Origin: a virus
Direction: 5' to 3' (one strand)
Virus record (IMG/VR): IMGVR_UViG_3300025875_000621
Span: 1 to 64,000 of that record
Length of the DNA: 64,000 bases
A program made the translations under genes and the position numbers. The notes beneath the pieces were generated by a model, which was not told the DNA's origin, searched no databases, and worked only from the letters and a program-made list of their open reading frames with translations. Shown here piece by piece: positions 9,976 through 19,685 of the stretch (the stretch's first letter is position 1; each line of letters starts with the position of its first letter).

Positions 9976-11502
9976 ATGGCCGCCCCCTGGCGCCGCGCCG
10001 TGAAGCCGGAGCCGGACGCGGAGACGCTGGCCCCGAACGCGCTGGTGGCCTCCGCTGCCCGCCTGGACATGACGCGGAAGCCCCGCGGCGCGATCCAGCA
10101 GGACTGGCAGGAGGAGGCGTGGAAGTTCTACGACTCCTGCGGGGAGCTGCGCTACGCGGCCCAGTGGATGGGGAACTCCCTGTCCCGGGCCACCATCTAC
10201 GCCGCGGACGTCCAGGAGGACGGCACCCCCTCCAGCACCCCCACGGAGAACGCCGGCGCGCTGGGCGCGGCGCACAACCTCCTGGGCGGCCCCACCAGCC
10301 AGGCAGGCATCCTCTCCCAGATCGGTGTGCACCTCACCATCGCCGGTGACTGCTACGTCATCGGGGAGACCCCCGTGGACGCGGCCGGGGACCCCCTGCC
10401 GGATGACGACTGGTACGTGGCCTCCACGGATGAGCTGTTCTACCAGTCCGGCTGGTGGATCGACCGCGGGAACGGGAAGCGCCTGCTGGACCCCACCCGC
10501 ACCGTCATCATCCGGGTGTGGCAGTCCCACCCGCGGAAGCGGTGGCAGGCGGACTCCCCCACCCGCGCCGTGCTCCCCATCCTCCGGGAGCTGGAGGCCC
10601 TGGTCCGGGTGGCCGGCACGCAGATGGACTCCCGCCTGGCCGGCGCCGGGCTGCTGATCCTGCCCATGGAAGTGCAGTTCCCCGCCCCCTCCCAGGAGGC
10701 GCTGGACGCCAACCCGGGCGCGGACCACCTGATGCTCTCCCTGGCGGAGAACACCCTGACCAGCCTGACGGACCCGGAGGACTCCTCCCGGCTGGTGCCC
10801 ACCGTGCTCCGCGTCCCCGGGGACCTGGTGGAGAAGGTCCAGCACATCTCCTTCGCCAGCCAGCTGCAGAAGGAAAACCAGGAGGCCCGGGAGGCGTGCA
10901 TCCGGCGCCTGGCCCTGGGCCTGGACATGCCCCCGGAGCAGCTGCTGGGCATGGGTGGCATCAACCACTGGGGCGTGTGGGGGGTGGAGGAGGCCGGGGT
11001 GAAGCTCCACATCGTCCCCCGCCTGACCACGATCATCTCCGCGGTGAATGAGGCGTACTACGAACCGGCGCTGGAGAAGCTGGGGCTGGCGCCCTACGCG
11101 TTCACCCTCTGGTACGACGTCTCCCAGCTGACGCAGCGGCCGAACCGCTCCCAGGACGCGCTGGCACTGCACAAGGCCGGGCAGCTGTCTGATGACGCGC
11201 TCCGCGCGGCCACCGGCTTCGGGGACACGGACGCCCCCTCCCAGGAGCAGCTGGTCACCACGTACCTGATGACCCTGGCCGCCGCGCAGCCCGCCCTGGG
11301 CCCCGCGTGCCTGCCCGCCCTCCTCCACCTGTGGAACGGCGGGTCCGTGACCACCATGCCCGTCCTGGTGTTCCCGGCCAACGGCGGAGCGCCCGCCACC
11401 ACCGTCACCCCGCTGCCGGCGCCCGCGCCGGCGGAGGACCGGGGCACCCCCAGCACCGCGCCGGACACCTCCGCCAGCGCACACGTCCGGAGGGCCGCGT
11501 GA
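9976..11502 (+). CDS. Portal protein (cluster B-like actinophage type)
   Basis: WQEEAWKFYDSCGELRY, SRLAGAGLL, IRRLALGLDMPPEQLLG, NHWGVW; lies between terminase and MuF/protease. Confidence 0.9.
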   Translation: MAAPWRRAVKPEPDAETLAPNALVASAARLDMTRKPRGAIQQDWQEEAWKFYDSCGELRYAAQWMGNSLSRATIYAADVQEDGTPSSTPTENAGALGAAHNLLGGPTSQAGILSQIGVHLTIAGDCYVIGETPVDAAGDPLPDDDWYVASTDELFYQSGWWIDRGNGKRLLDPTRTVIIRVWQSHPRKRWQADSPTRAVLPILRELEALVRVAGTQMDSRLAGAGLLILPMEVQFPAPSQEALDANPGADHLMLSLAENTLTSLTDPEDSSRLVPTVLRVPGDLVEKVQHISFASQLQKENQEAREACIRRLALGLDMPPEQLLGMGGINHWGVWGVEEAGVKLHIVPRLTTIISAVNEAYYEPALEKLGLAPYAFTLWYDVSQLTQRPNRSQDALALHKAGQLSDDALRAATGFGDTDAPSQEQLVTTYLMTLAAAQPALGPACLPALLHLWNGGSVTTMPVLVFPANGGAPATTVTPLPAPAPAEDRGTPSTAPDTSASAHVRRAA

Positions 11503-11858
11503 CCGCAGCACCCCAGCAGGCATCTGAGGAGATCGTCTGCGCACACTTGCTCACCCAGCGGGCCCTGGAGCTGGCCGGGAAGCGGCTCCTGACCCGCGCC
11601 GTCCGCGGCACCTACTCCGGGGACCTGCGGGAGCTGCACCAGTTCGTGCCCGTGGCCGCGGACCAGCTGCCCCGCCTGCTGGCCGGCGCGTTCGACTGGA
11701 TGGAGGACCCGTCCCTGGCGGGCATGATCCAGCTGGACCCAGTGCGCTTCCGGCAGGAGCTGGAGTCCTACGTGGGCGGCCTGCTCACCTCCGGCACCGT
11801 CCATGACGTGCGGTACCTGCCGCAGGTGGTCCAGCGCGCACGCCGGAGCGCGGCGTGA
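11499..11858 (+). CDS. Conserved head-region hypothetical protein
   Basis: RALELAGKRLL; coupled between portal and MuF. Confidence 0.7.
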   Translation: MTAAPQQASEEIVCAHLLTQRALELAGKRLLTRAVRGTYSGDLRELHQFVPVAADQLPRLLAGAFDWMEDPSLAGMIQLDPVRFRQELESYVGGLLTSGTVHDVRYLPQVVQRARRSAA

Positions 11859-14629
11859 CCCGCCGCGTGCGGCCCGGTGGCCGTGTCCAGGCCCGCGGCC
11901 CGGTGGGCGCGCACCTCCTCACCTACAGCGCCCCGCCCGTGGAGGAGCAGCCGGAGCCGTGGCCGGAGCCCGGGGACCCGCGCATGGCGGACCGGCTGGC
12001 GGCCGCGGAGCGCCTGGACGCCTACGAGGCCCGCGTGCTGGCCGCGGCCCGCGCCGCCCTCACGGAGTGGACCGGCCTGGTGTCCACCACCGTGCTGCGC
12101 TCCCAGATCACCGCGGCCGCCGGTGACGGCCTCCCCCCGGACCCGGGCGCGATCCCCCCGCTGTCCAGCGCCTGGGACCGCATCGTGAACTCCACCATCG
12201 TCACCGCGATCAGGGACCTGCTGGGTGAGGTGTTCGCCGCCCTTCTGCAGGAGGACCAGGTGGTCTCCGCCCGGCCGTGGCAGGAGGAGTACCTGGCCAC
12301 CGTGGTGAACCGGCTGTCCGGCGTCCCGGATGACACGTTCACCATCGTGCGCGCGGAAGTCCAGGACGCCATAGACCTGGGGGAGTCCATCCCGAAGATC
12401 AGGGACCGCGTGGAGGACGTCCTGGCCTCCCAGGGGGAGACCACCTGGGAGAACCGCGCGCAGGTCATCGCGCGCACGGAGACCATCGGGGCCTACAACG
12501 GCGGACACTTGGCCGCCTGGGCGGCCCGGGATGAGCTGACCGGCGCCACCACGGACAAGGTGTGGCTGGCCACCATCGACAGCAGGACCCGGGATTCCCA
12601 CTTCCGCGCGGACGGTCAGCGGGTCCGCATGGACCGCCCGTTCCGCGTGGGCGGGTTTCTGCTCATGCACCCCGGGGACCCCACCGGCCCGGCCAGTGAG
12701 GTCATCCAGTGCCGCTGCACCATGCTGGACCTGGAGGCGGACGAGGACACCCCGGACACCGCGGAGCGGCAGCTGCGTGACCCCGCAGACGTCCAGGGTG
12801 AGATAGACCGGCGCGCGGAGCAGGAGCCGGAGCCCGTGATCCGCGCGTACGACGACCCGGCGGAGCAGGACGCGCAGGCCCGCTCCGTGGACGCCGCGCG
12901 TGCCCTCACCGCATCCACCGCAGGCCCCGCACCCACGGGGCAGACTGTTACCGCTGCTGGCTCTGGGCCGGGCGTCACTTCCGCACACGAAGGACGCACG
13001 CCCATGCCGCGCACCTGGCGCTCTGACCCCTTCCTGGCCCCGTTCGCGGAGCCCACCGGGGACGGCCGCATCTTCAAGGTGGGGTCCCTCACCCACCGGG
13101 ACCTGCCGCTGCCCCTGCTCTACCAGGAGTCCTCCGCCATGGGCCATGACGGCTCCATCGTGGTGGGCCGCATCCTGGACGTGGAGTTCACGGACGCCGG
13201 CATCGTGGCCTCCGGGGACTACCTGGACGCCCCGGAGGTGAAGGTCGCCGTGGGCAAGGCCATGGCGCTGGTGGAGGCCGGCCTGGGCTCCGTGTCCGTG
13301 GACCTGGCCGCCGTCGTCGGGGAGCTGGTGGACGAGGACGGCAACCCCATCAGCATGGAGGACATCTGGGACGCCTGGGACCGCGGGGAGGAGCCCGTGG
13401 TACTGGACCAGGTGGCGGAGGGTGAGCTGATCGCGTGTACGCAGGTCGCCACGCCGGCTTTCGCGAAGGCCCGGATCGTGCTGGACCCCGTGTCCGCGGA
13501 GGAGAACCCCGCCGGCGGCGGTGACGGTGAGGCGTCCCTGGCGCTGCAGGACGCCGGTGGCGTCAGCATCGCCGTGGGTGACCAGGTGGACGTGGACCTG
13601 GCGGAGGACGGCTCCCTGCGCGGTGAGGTCACCGCGGTGGACGAGGAGGCGGAGACCGTCACCGTCCAGCCGCTGGACGACGACAACCAGCCCGCCGGTG
13701 ACCCCGTGGTGGTGGCGCCCAGCGCCGTCACCGTCACCAGCGCGGCCGCAGCAGCGGAGACGGAGGAGGACGCCGCGGAAGCAGTGGTGGCCGCCGCCGT
13801 GGCCGCCGCGGAGGCCCTGGTCGCCGGCCCCGGCGTGCTCCGCCCCCCGGCGGACTGGTTCACGAACCCGAACCTGCCGGAGCCCACCCCCATCACCATC
13901 ACGGATGAGGGCCGCATCTACGGGCACGTGGCCGTCTGGGGCACCTGCCACGTGGGGTTCTCCAACACGTGCGTAACCCCGCCCACCAGCCCCACCTCCT
14001 ACGCCTACTTCCACACCGGTGAGGTGGTGCTGGACGACGGCAGCCGCGTGGCCGTGGGGAACCTGACGCTGGGAGGGAGGCACGCGGACGTCCGCATGGC
14101 CTACCGCAGCGCGATCGAGCACTACGACGTGCAGGGCGCGGGCACCGGCATCATCCGGCTGTACGAGGACGAGCACGGCATCGCCATGGCCGGCGCCGTG
14201 GCCCCGGGCACCACGGAGGAGCAGGTGTACGACATGCGCCGCTCCCCCGTCTCCGGGGACTGGCGGCGGGTGGCCGGTGAGCTGGAACTGATCGGCGTGC
14301 TGTCCGTGAACGCCCCCGGCTTCCCCACCCCCCGCTTCGCCACGGACGAATCCGGCCGGACCGCGCTCACCGCGGCCGCGTCCGTCCGCCCGGCGGACGC
14401 CCCCCGCCGGCGCCGCCCCGCGGGCCTGTCCCAGCAGGAGCTGACGCGGCGCATCACGGAGACCGTGCGCGCCGGGATGCGGCAGGAGGTCCGCGCGGAG
14501 CTGCGCGCGGCCGCGGAGGAGCAGCAGCGGCGGGAGCGGCTGGAGCGCGTGGCCGCCTCCATCCGGCGTGACCCGCGGAAGCGCGTGGCGCAGCTGGCCG
14601 CCCAGGTGACCGCCGGTGGCAAGCGGTGA
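11855..14629 (+). CDS. MuF-like minor capsid protein fused to capsid maturation protease
   Basis: MuF: RAQVIARTET, KVWLATIDSRTRDSH, HPGDPTGPASEVIQCRC; protease: TGDGRIF, LPLPLLYQ, GHDG, GRIYGHVAVWGTCHVG, SGDWRR. Confidence 0.9.
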   Translation: MTRRVRPGGRVQARGPVGAHLLTYSAPPVEEQPEPWPEPGDPRMADRLAAAERLDAYEARVLAAARAALTEWTGLVSTTVLRSQITAAAGDGLPPDPGAIPPLSSAWDRIVNSTIVTAIRDLLGEVFAALLQEDQVVSARPWQEEYLATVVNRLSGVPDDTFTIVRAEVQDAIDLGESIPKIRDRVEDVLASQGETTWENRAQVIARTETIGAYNGGHLAAWAARDELTGATTDKVWLATIDSRTRDSHFRADGQRVRMDRPFRVGGFLLMHPGDPTGPASEVIQCRCTMLDLEADEDTPDTAERQLRDPADVQGEIDRRAEQEPEPVIRAYDDPAEQDAQARSVDAARALTASTAGPAPTGQTVTAAGSGPGVTSAHEGRTPMPRTWRSDPFLAPFAEPTGDGRIFKVGSLTHRDLPLPLLYQESSAMGHDGSIVVGRILDVEFTDAGIVASGDYLDAPEVKVAVGKAMALVEAGLGSVSVDLAAVVGELVDEDGNPISMEDIWDAWDRGEEPVVLDQVAEGELIACTQVATPAFAKARIVLDPVSAEENPAGGGDGEASLALQDAGGVSIAVGDQVDVDLAEDGSLRGEVTAVDEEAETVTVQPLDDDNQPAGDPVVVAPSAVTVTSAAAAAETEEDAAEAVVAAAVAAAEALVAGPGVLRPPADWFTNPNLPEPTPITITDEGRIYGHVAVWGTCHVGFSNTCVTPPTSPTSYAYFHTGEVVLDDGSRVAVGNLTLGGRHADVRMAYRSAIEHYDVQGAGTGIIRLYEDEHGIAMAGAVAPGTTEEQVYDMRRSPVSGDWRRVAGELELIGVLSVNAPGFPTPRFATDESGRTALTAAASVRPADAPRRRRPAGLSQQELTRRITETVRAGMRQEVRAELRAAAEEQQRRERLERVAASIRRDPRKRVAQLAAQVTAGGKR
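12956..12974 (+). promoter_or_regulatory. GCTGGCTnnGGGCCGGGCG motif before the internal protease start (ATG 13004)
   Basis: 17/19 identical to 60591..60609 upstream of the major capsid gene. Confidence 0.55.
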
Positions 14630-14985
14630 GCGCCGGCCTGCCCCGGCCCACCATCTGCCGCACGGTGGTGTACCGGTCACGGACGGGGAACTACTCCGTG
14701 CCCGCGATCATCACGGCCACGCAGGACTCCCTGTACCGGCCGGGCGTGGACGCCGGGTACGTGGCTGACCTGTCCTCCCCCACGCACGTGCACCTGCAGG
14801 TGTTCACCCCGGGGGTGCCGGGGAAGCGGCAGGACGCGGACGACTTCCTGGTGGAGTCCCCGCACGGCCGGGCGGAGAACGTGAACGGCTCCTACCCGGA
14901 GTACGACGTCCCGCAGGACACCCCGGAGGACCGGGTGGACGGGGTGCAGGAGCCCGGCACCTGGGCGTGGCCGGCGCGCGTCTGA
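14626..14985 (+). CDS. Phage hypothetical protein
   Basis: PT..R.V.Y...PAIIT...PGTWAWPARV pattern common in actinophages. Confidence 0.7.
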   Translation: MSAGLPRPTICRTVVYRSRTGNYSVPAIITATQDSLYRPGVDAGYVADLSSPTHVHLQVFTPGVPGKRQDADDFLVESPHGRAENVNGSYPEYDVPQDTPEDRVDGVQEPGTWAWPARV

Positions 14986-15176
14986 GGCAGGATCACGCCA
15001 TGACCAACGGTGAGCAGGGCATGACGTACGGGCAGTACCTGGACGGGATCGCACGGGCGCGTCAGGCCGGACCCTGGTGGTACGGCCCGGCGCGCATCGC
15101 CACCACGGCGACCATCAGCGCGGCACTGCACCTGCTGGTGCGCCGCTCCAGCAGGAAGAAGTAGGAGGAGGAGCAC

Positions 15177-15332
15177 ATGGCCGGGTGCAACTGCGGGGGC
15201 GGCGGGACCGCGAAGCGGTACGAGCTGCAGGACCCGAAGGGTGAGAACGCGGGCACGTACCTGACCCGCACGGAGGCGGTGGCCGCGCTCTCCGTGGCGC
15301 CCGCCGGGTACCGCGTGGTGACGAAGGGCTGA
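15177..15332 (+). CDS. 51-aa MAGCNCGG head-region protein (not in ORF track)
   Basis: Strong RBS GGAGGAGGAG; MAGCNCGGGGTAKRYELQDPKG...; followed by a terminator. Confidence 0.7.
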   Translation: MAGCNCGGGGTAKRYELQDPKGENAGTYLTRTEAVAALSVAPAGYRVVTKG

Positions 15333-15348
15333 CCCCCGCCCGCCTCAC

Positions 15349-15388
15349 GGAGAGCCCGCGTCCCCCACCCCGGGGACGCGGGCTCTCC
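15349..15388 (+). terminator. Intrinsic terminator-like hairpin ending the head operon
   Basis: GGAGAGCCCGCGTCCCC / GGGGACGCGGGCTCTCC 17-bp stem. Confidence 0.75.
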
Positions 15389-15452
15389 CCCTTCCGGGGG
15401 AACCCCCGGTGTACGGCTACAGGTCCCGGCGGCAGCTGCCGTAGATAGGGAC

Positions 15453-15737
15453 ATGGACGTCACCACCACCTCAGCTGCCCCGCGGGTCACCGCGGACCTG
15501 ATGCTCCGCGTGCTGGAGCACCCCGCCTCCGTCATCGTCTGGCTGCCGGCAGTGGACCTGCTGGACGTGGCGGAGTCCGGCCTGACCGCCGCGCAGGCGG
15601 ACAGCGCCAGCATCATCCCCGTGGTCTGGGCGGACGGCGCCCAGTCCCTCCTGGCCGCCGCCGGTGGCTCCCACGCCGCCGCCGCCCGCGCCGCCACCGC
15701 CCAGCTGGCTGACCTGCACGCCCGGGGCCTGCTGTGA
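15453..15737 (+). CDS. Hypothetical protein
   Basis: ORF coupled to next. Confidence 0.6.
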   Translation: MDVTTTSAAPRVTADLMLRVLEHPASVIVWLPAVDLLDVAESGLTAAQADSASIIPVVWADGAQSLLAAAGGSHAAAARAATAQLADLHARGLL

Positions 15738-16189
15738 CCATCAGCCTGCCGGACTGGATGACCGCCACCGGACCCGTGGACTTCTACGACCCGGAGCACC
15801 CCGTGGTGCAGGACCTGCTGGCCGCGGACGGGATCGTGGTGGACGCCAACGGCGCGCACCACGGACGCGGCGGCCGCTTCATCCCGAAGCAACTGGAGTA
15901 CGCGCACCTGGTGGAAGCGCACGTGGTGGAGGACACCCCGGCGCCGGGCACCCGCATCACCGTCCACGCCCCCCGCTGCCCTCACGGGCACTTCTCCCGC
16001 TGGGCGCTGCGCAACTGCGTGCCGTGCCGGGAGCCCCTGCAGGTGCAGTCCGTGCGCACGGACTCCCCCACCGGGGCGCAGCAGTGCACGGGCACGAAGG
16101 ACGACGGAGACCGGTGCACCCGCCGGACCCCGCGGCGCTTCCGCGGCCGCCCGGCGTGCCACCAGCACGGCGGCACGCCCACCTCCTGA
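15734..16189 (+). CDS. Cys-rich hypothetical protein
   Basis: HGRGGRFIPK; CTGTKDDGDRC..CHQHGG. Confidence 0.65.
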   Translation: MTISLPDWMTATGPVDFYDPEHPVVQDLLAADGIVVDANGAHHGRGGRFIPKQLEYAHLVEAHVVEDTPAPGTRITVHAPRCPHGHFSRWALRNCVPCREPLQVQSVRTDSPTGAQQCTGTKDDGDRCTRRTPRRFRGRPACHQHGGTPTS

Positions 16190-16204
16190 TCCATCCCCCG
16201 CACT

Positions 16205-16221
16205 GTGCACCCAGGGTGTAC
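16205..16221. promoter_or_regulatory. Palindromic operator GTGCAC-N5-GTGTAC
   Basis: Upstream of HTH gene; member of the repeated family. Confidence 0.65.
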
Positions 16222-16263
16222 GGTGCTGTCACACGTTCCGCACCACCGGCTGAGGAGCCCACC

Positions 16264-16956
16264 ATGCCCGCAGAGCTGCACCTGGTCCCGTCCGTCACGC
16301 AAGCCGTGGAGGGGGAGCTGCTGCCCGCCGCCCAGCCCACCAGCCGGCTGTCCCGCGAGGAGGCGCAGGAGCTGACCGTCAGCATCCGGCGGAACCTGCG
16401 CGGCGCCCTGGAGGGCCTGGGCGCCGCCCGTGAGCGGGAGGCATGGCGCGCCCTGGACTACCCCACCTGGCACGACTACTGCGAAGCGGAGTTCGGCTCC
16501 CTGGCGGAGCTGGCTCTGCCCGTGCAGGAGCGCGTGGCCCTGGTGGTCTCCATGACCACCGCGGAGCCGCCCATGTCCACCCGCACCATCGGTGAGCGCC
16601 TGGGCGTCTCCGCCTCCACCGTCTCCGCGGACCGCCGGAACGCCGCCGCCGCGGGCGCCGTCCTGCCCAGCACGGTCCGCGGGAAGGACGGGCGGGACCG
16701 CCCCGCCGTCAGCACCCGGAAGCTGGCCCCCGCCCCGGAGCCCGCCCCCGTGCTGACCGTGGTGGACCGCCTGGTGTCCCTCATCCAGGAGCACGGGCCC
16801 GCGTCCGCGCTGGCGCTGGAGGAGCGCACCGGGCTGCGGCACGGCGCCGTCTCCGCGGCGCTGCACCGCCTCTCCGTGCCGGGTGGGCGCCTGGTGTACA
16901 CCCGCCCGGCGAAGCGCGGCCAGCACGGCACGTACGGGCTGGCGGTGACCGGGTGA
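16264..16956 (+). CDS. HTH DNA-binding protein (two HTH-like domains)
   Basis: AWRALDYPTWHDYC; MSTRTIGERLGVSASTVSAD; C-terminal wHTH LEERTGLRHGAVSAALHRL. Confidence 0.75.
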   Translation: MPAELHLVPSVTQAVEGELLPAAQPTSRLSREEAQELTVSIRRNLRGALEGLGAAREREAWRALDYPTWHDYCEAEFGSLAELALPVQERVALVVSMTTAEPPMSTRTIGERLGVSASTVSADRRNAAAAGAVLPSTVRGKDGRDRPAVSTRKLAPAPEPAPVLTVVDRLVSLIQEHGPASALALEERTGLRHGAVSAALHRLSVPGGRLVYTRPAKRGQHGTYGLAVTG

Positions 16957-17177
16957 AGCTGCACACCGCCACCCCGCCCCGGACGGGCACCCGGGTCCAC
17001 CTGGCGGAGCTGCGGGTGGGCCAGAAGGTGATGCTGCGGACCACCTGCGGCCGCTGGCTGGAGGACCGCTGGCTGGTCCGGCACGTCTCCCCGCGGCTGG
17101 CCGTGGCGGAGGTGACCTGCACCCGCTGCGCACCCCAGGCCCGCCGCTGGCTGCAGGGGAATCTGCCGGACCAGTAG
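16953..17177 (+). CDS. Hypothetical protein with C..C
   Basis: Coupled ORF. Confidence 0.55.
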   Translation: MKLHTATPPRTGTRVHLAELRVGQKVMLRTTCGRWLEDRWLVRHVSPRLAVAEVTCTRCAPQARRWLQGNLPDQ

Positions 17178-17645
17178 CCTGGCCGCCTGTCCAAGGCGGG
17201 GGTAACAGCCGCCGCACGCCGGTGGGCAGCCGGTAGCCGCGCATGGGTCGTGCACGGCTGGAGCCCGGGACCGCAGCCGCAGCTGCAGTCCCGGGCTCTG
17301 TGCTGTCCGGCGCTACCCTGGCCGCCTGCCTGAGGTGGGACCGCTCACCGCACGCCAGGGGGAGGCAGCTGGCTGGCACCGGACTAGACACCCGGGCCAG
17401 GAGCCCGTCCACGCGCATCACGCCGCGGGGGCGGGCTCTGTGTCGTCTGGAGCGCAGCCGCGGTGGGCCTCTCCCCTCCACCAACTCTGGGCACAGCCAC
17501 CGCCGGCCCTCCAGGGTCCGCTGCGCCGCTCCGCGCCCTGGACCGCCGCCGGCGTCTGCTCCCGGCGCTGGTTACGGGGAGCTGCCCTGAGGGTGGTCTG
17601 GCCTCTGACCTGCAGATTCCCCCTTGGCACCGGCCCTCACCAGGC

Positions 17646-17662
17646 GTACACTAGAGGTGTAC
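17646..17662. promoter_or_regulatory. Palindromic operator GTACAC-N5-GTGTAC
   Basis: Perfect consensus about 30 nt upstream of ATG 17693. Confidence 0.75.
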
Positions 17663-17692
17663 AGCCCCCCGCCCCCACCGGAGGAGCGCACC

Positions 17693-18169
17693 ATGATCCA
17701 GCCCCAGCCCACCTGGGCCACCGCCCTCATCCGTGCAGCCGGCGGCCGCGTCCCGGAGTACGGCAGCCCGGAGTGGCACGCCCTCCCGGAGGACTCCCCG
17801 GCCCGCGTGGCGTCCTGCGTGATCGCCGCGGAGTGCTGGCGGCAGTACACGGACCCGGAGGAGACCGCCCGACGGCTGGCCGCGGAGGTGGCGGAGCTGC
17901 GCTACCAGCAGGAGTGCTACGAGGCGCAGGTGGCGGAGGAGGAGTGGCAGGCCGTCCGGGACCGCCTGGCCCGGCCCGCCCCCTCCCAGCGGGTGCTGCG
18001 CGTGCGCCGTGGGGACTTCACCGGCGCCGTGCGCGCGCTGGAGCAGGAGGAGCGGGTGGCCCACCTGCCGTTCTCTGAGGGGCTGCCGTACCCGGCCGTC
18101 GCCGGCGAGGGTGAGGGGCCACTGCCCGCTCTGCCGTCCACGGCCTCCATGATCCGCCGCGTGTCCTGA
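17693..18169 (+). CDS. DUF2742-like protein
   Basis: VPEYGSPEWHALPEDSPARVASCVIAAECW. Confidence 0.65.
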   Translation: MIQPQPTWATALIRAAGGRVPEYGSPEWHALPEDSPARVASCVIAAECWRQYTDPEETARRLAAEVAELRYQQECYEAQVAEEEWQAVRDRLARPAPSQRVLRVRRGDFTGAVRALEQEERVAHLPFSEGLPYPAVAGEGEGPLPALPSTASMIRRVS

Positions 18170-18257
18170 GCACCGGCGGCCGGGAGGTGTAGCGCGGACC
18201 CTTCCGGCCGCCGGGTTCCATCTGGACACGCTGGGCGCGGCGTGTCACCACCCACCC

Positions 18258-18274
18258 GTACACGGGTGGTGTAC
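18258..18274. promoter_or_regulatory. Palindromic operator GTACAC-N5-GTGTAC
   Basis: Perfect consensus, followed by the start-associated sequence at 18303. Confidence 0.75.
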
Positions 18275-18320
18275 AGTTCTAGTCAGACCGCAGGACACAC
18301 CACCAGCTGAGGAGCTGACC

Positions 18321-18581
18321 ATGTTCACCACCCCCGCACAGGCCCGCGCCAACCTCGCCGGCCAGGAGGCCCGCGTCCAGGACGCGGAGCTGACCGTGGC
18401 CCACCGCGCCCAGCGCGTGGAGTCCCTGCGCCACATGCTCCAGCTGGCGGAGCGGTCCCACGCCATCGCCGTGGAGAACCTGGAGGCCCAGCAGAGCTGG
18501 CTCCCGGACTACCAGCTCAGTGTGGAGCAGGCAGACGCCCTGGCCGCCATGCAGGCGCAGGGCACCTCTCCCCGGTACTGA
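18321..18581 (+). CDS. Small coiled-coil protein
   Basis: CACCAGCTGAGGAGCTGACC-ATG. Confidence 0.75.
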   Translation: MFTTPAQARANLAGQEARVQDAELTVAHRAQRVESLRHMLQLAERSHAIAVENLEAQQSWLPDYQLSVEQADALAAMQAQGTSPRY

Positions 18582-18675
18582 CTCCCACGGTCCCCCCTGC
18601 GTGACACAGGGGGGTGCCGCGGGAGCCAGACGCTGCCGATAGCACCAGCACCACCCACCAGCTGAGGAGCTGACC

Positions 18676-18975
18676 ATGATCCGCCGTGCCCTGATCGCCG
18701 CCACCATCGTCCTGTCCGTCCCCACCGCCGCCGTGGCCGTCCCCGTGGTCACCGTGACCGCGGCCGCGCCCGCCGCCGTGGCCTCCGCGGACGCCCGGAA
18801 CACGGACGTGCTGGAGAAGCTGACGTACTGCCCCGCCGGGAAGCACCTGGTGGGCTCCACCTGCGTGAAGAACCAGCGCCAGCTGGACACCACCACCGGC
18901 ACCGCCCGGAAGGTCACCGGCTGGGGCTGGGTGCTCCTGGGCTTCGCCAGCCTGGGCGGCATGCTGGCCGCCTGA
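18676..18975 (+). CDS. Small secreted/membrane protein
   Basis: Same start motif; signal peptide, C-terminal hydrophobic helix. Confidence 0.7.
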   Translation: MIRRALIAATIVLSVPTAAVAVPVVTVTAAAPAAVASADARNTDVLEKLTYCPAGKHLVGSTCVKNQRQLDTTTGTARKVTGWGWVLLGFASLGGMLAA

Positions 18976-19074
18976 CCGGGGGCCTGCACGGTCCCGCCCG
19001 GGGGTGAGAGCCCCGGGCGGGCGCCGCGGAGGCCAGCCGGTCCCCCGTCACCACCCAGCTGAGGAGCTGCCGCC

Positions 19075-19215
19075 ATGTCCGCACACCGCGCCACCCGCCG
19101 CCACCACGGTCTCACCGTGGACCGCCTGGGCATCACCGTCACCCGCACCCCGCGCCGCCGGGTCCGGGACCTGGACCTGTCCGGCGTCCTGTCCGCCGTC
19201 ACCCCCGCCCGCTGA
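19075..19215 (+). CDS. 46-aa protein (not in ORF track)
   Basis: CCAGCTGAGGAGC before ATG; MSAHRATRRHHGLTVDRLG... Confidence 0.6.
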   Translation: MSAHRATRRHHGLTVDRLGITVTRTPRRRVRDLDLSGVLSAVTPAR

Positions 19216-19241
19216 CCCCCATCACCCCCGGAGACCTGACC

Positions 19242-19685
19242 ATGTACACCACCGGCCACCTGACCCAGACCCAACTGGACGCCCTGCAGCCCGGCCAGCG
19301 CGTGCTGGCGGAGCTGGGACGCCCCGGCACGCAGGGCATGGAGTACGCCTGGCGCACCGTGGCCCGGCGCACCGCCACCCAGCTGGTGGTCACCTACCAG
19401 CTGCGCGGAGAGCAGCAGGAGGAGAGGTACCGCCAGCAGGCCCCCGGCCGGCGGGTCGGGGACGGGGCCAGCTCCGGGTACCAGGCGTACCTGGTGGACC
19501 CGGAGCACCCCAGCATCCAGAAGCGCCTGGCGGACCAGGAGAAGAAGCGCGCGCAGCGCCGCGTGGACGTCCGGCACACCGCCTGGCAGAAGGAGCCCGC
19601 CAGCCCGGTGGCCTTGCAGCAGCTGCGTGAGGCGCTGGACGCCTACGCGGCCGCGTACCTCCCCCAGGACGGGGCAGGCCAGTGA
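19242..19685 (+). CDS. Hypothetical protein
   Basis: GGAG RBS; VARRTATQLVV. Confidence 0.7.
   Translation: MYTTGHLTQTQLDALQPGQRVLAELGRPGTQGMEYAWRTVARRTATQLVVTYQLRGEQQEERYRQQAPGRRVGDGASSGYQAYLVDPEHPSIQKRLADQEKKRAQRRVDVRHTAWQKEPASPVALQQLREALDAYAAAYLPQDGAGQ

Noticed and set aside
11768-14680. 970-aa minus-strand ORF (and similar long antisense ORFs such as 9664..11544, 44687..47899, 50557..52617, 60628..62331)
   Set aside because: Shadow frames of real high-GC genes on the opposite strand; G/R/H/V-rich with no motifs.
15398-15414. Additional operator copies at 15398 and 40880
   Set aside because: Only one half-site matches; too degenerate to support.
18258-19075. Clustered CACCAGCTGAGGAGCTG repeats as a CRISPR array or integron attC array
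   Set aside because: Repeats are short, irregularly spaced, contain the SD and directly precede start codons; no cas or integrase gene seen.
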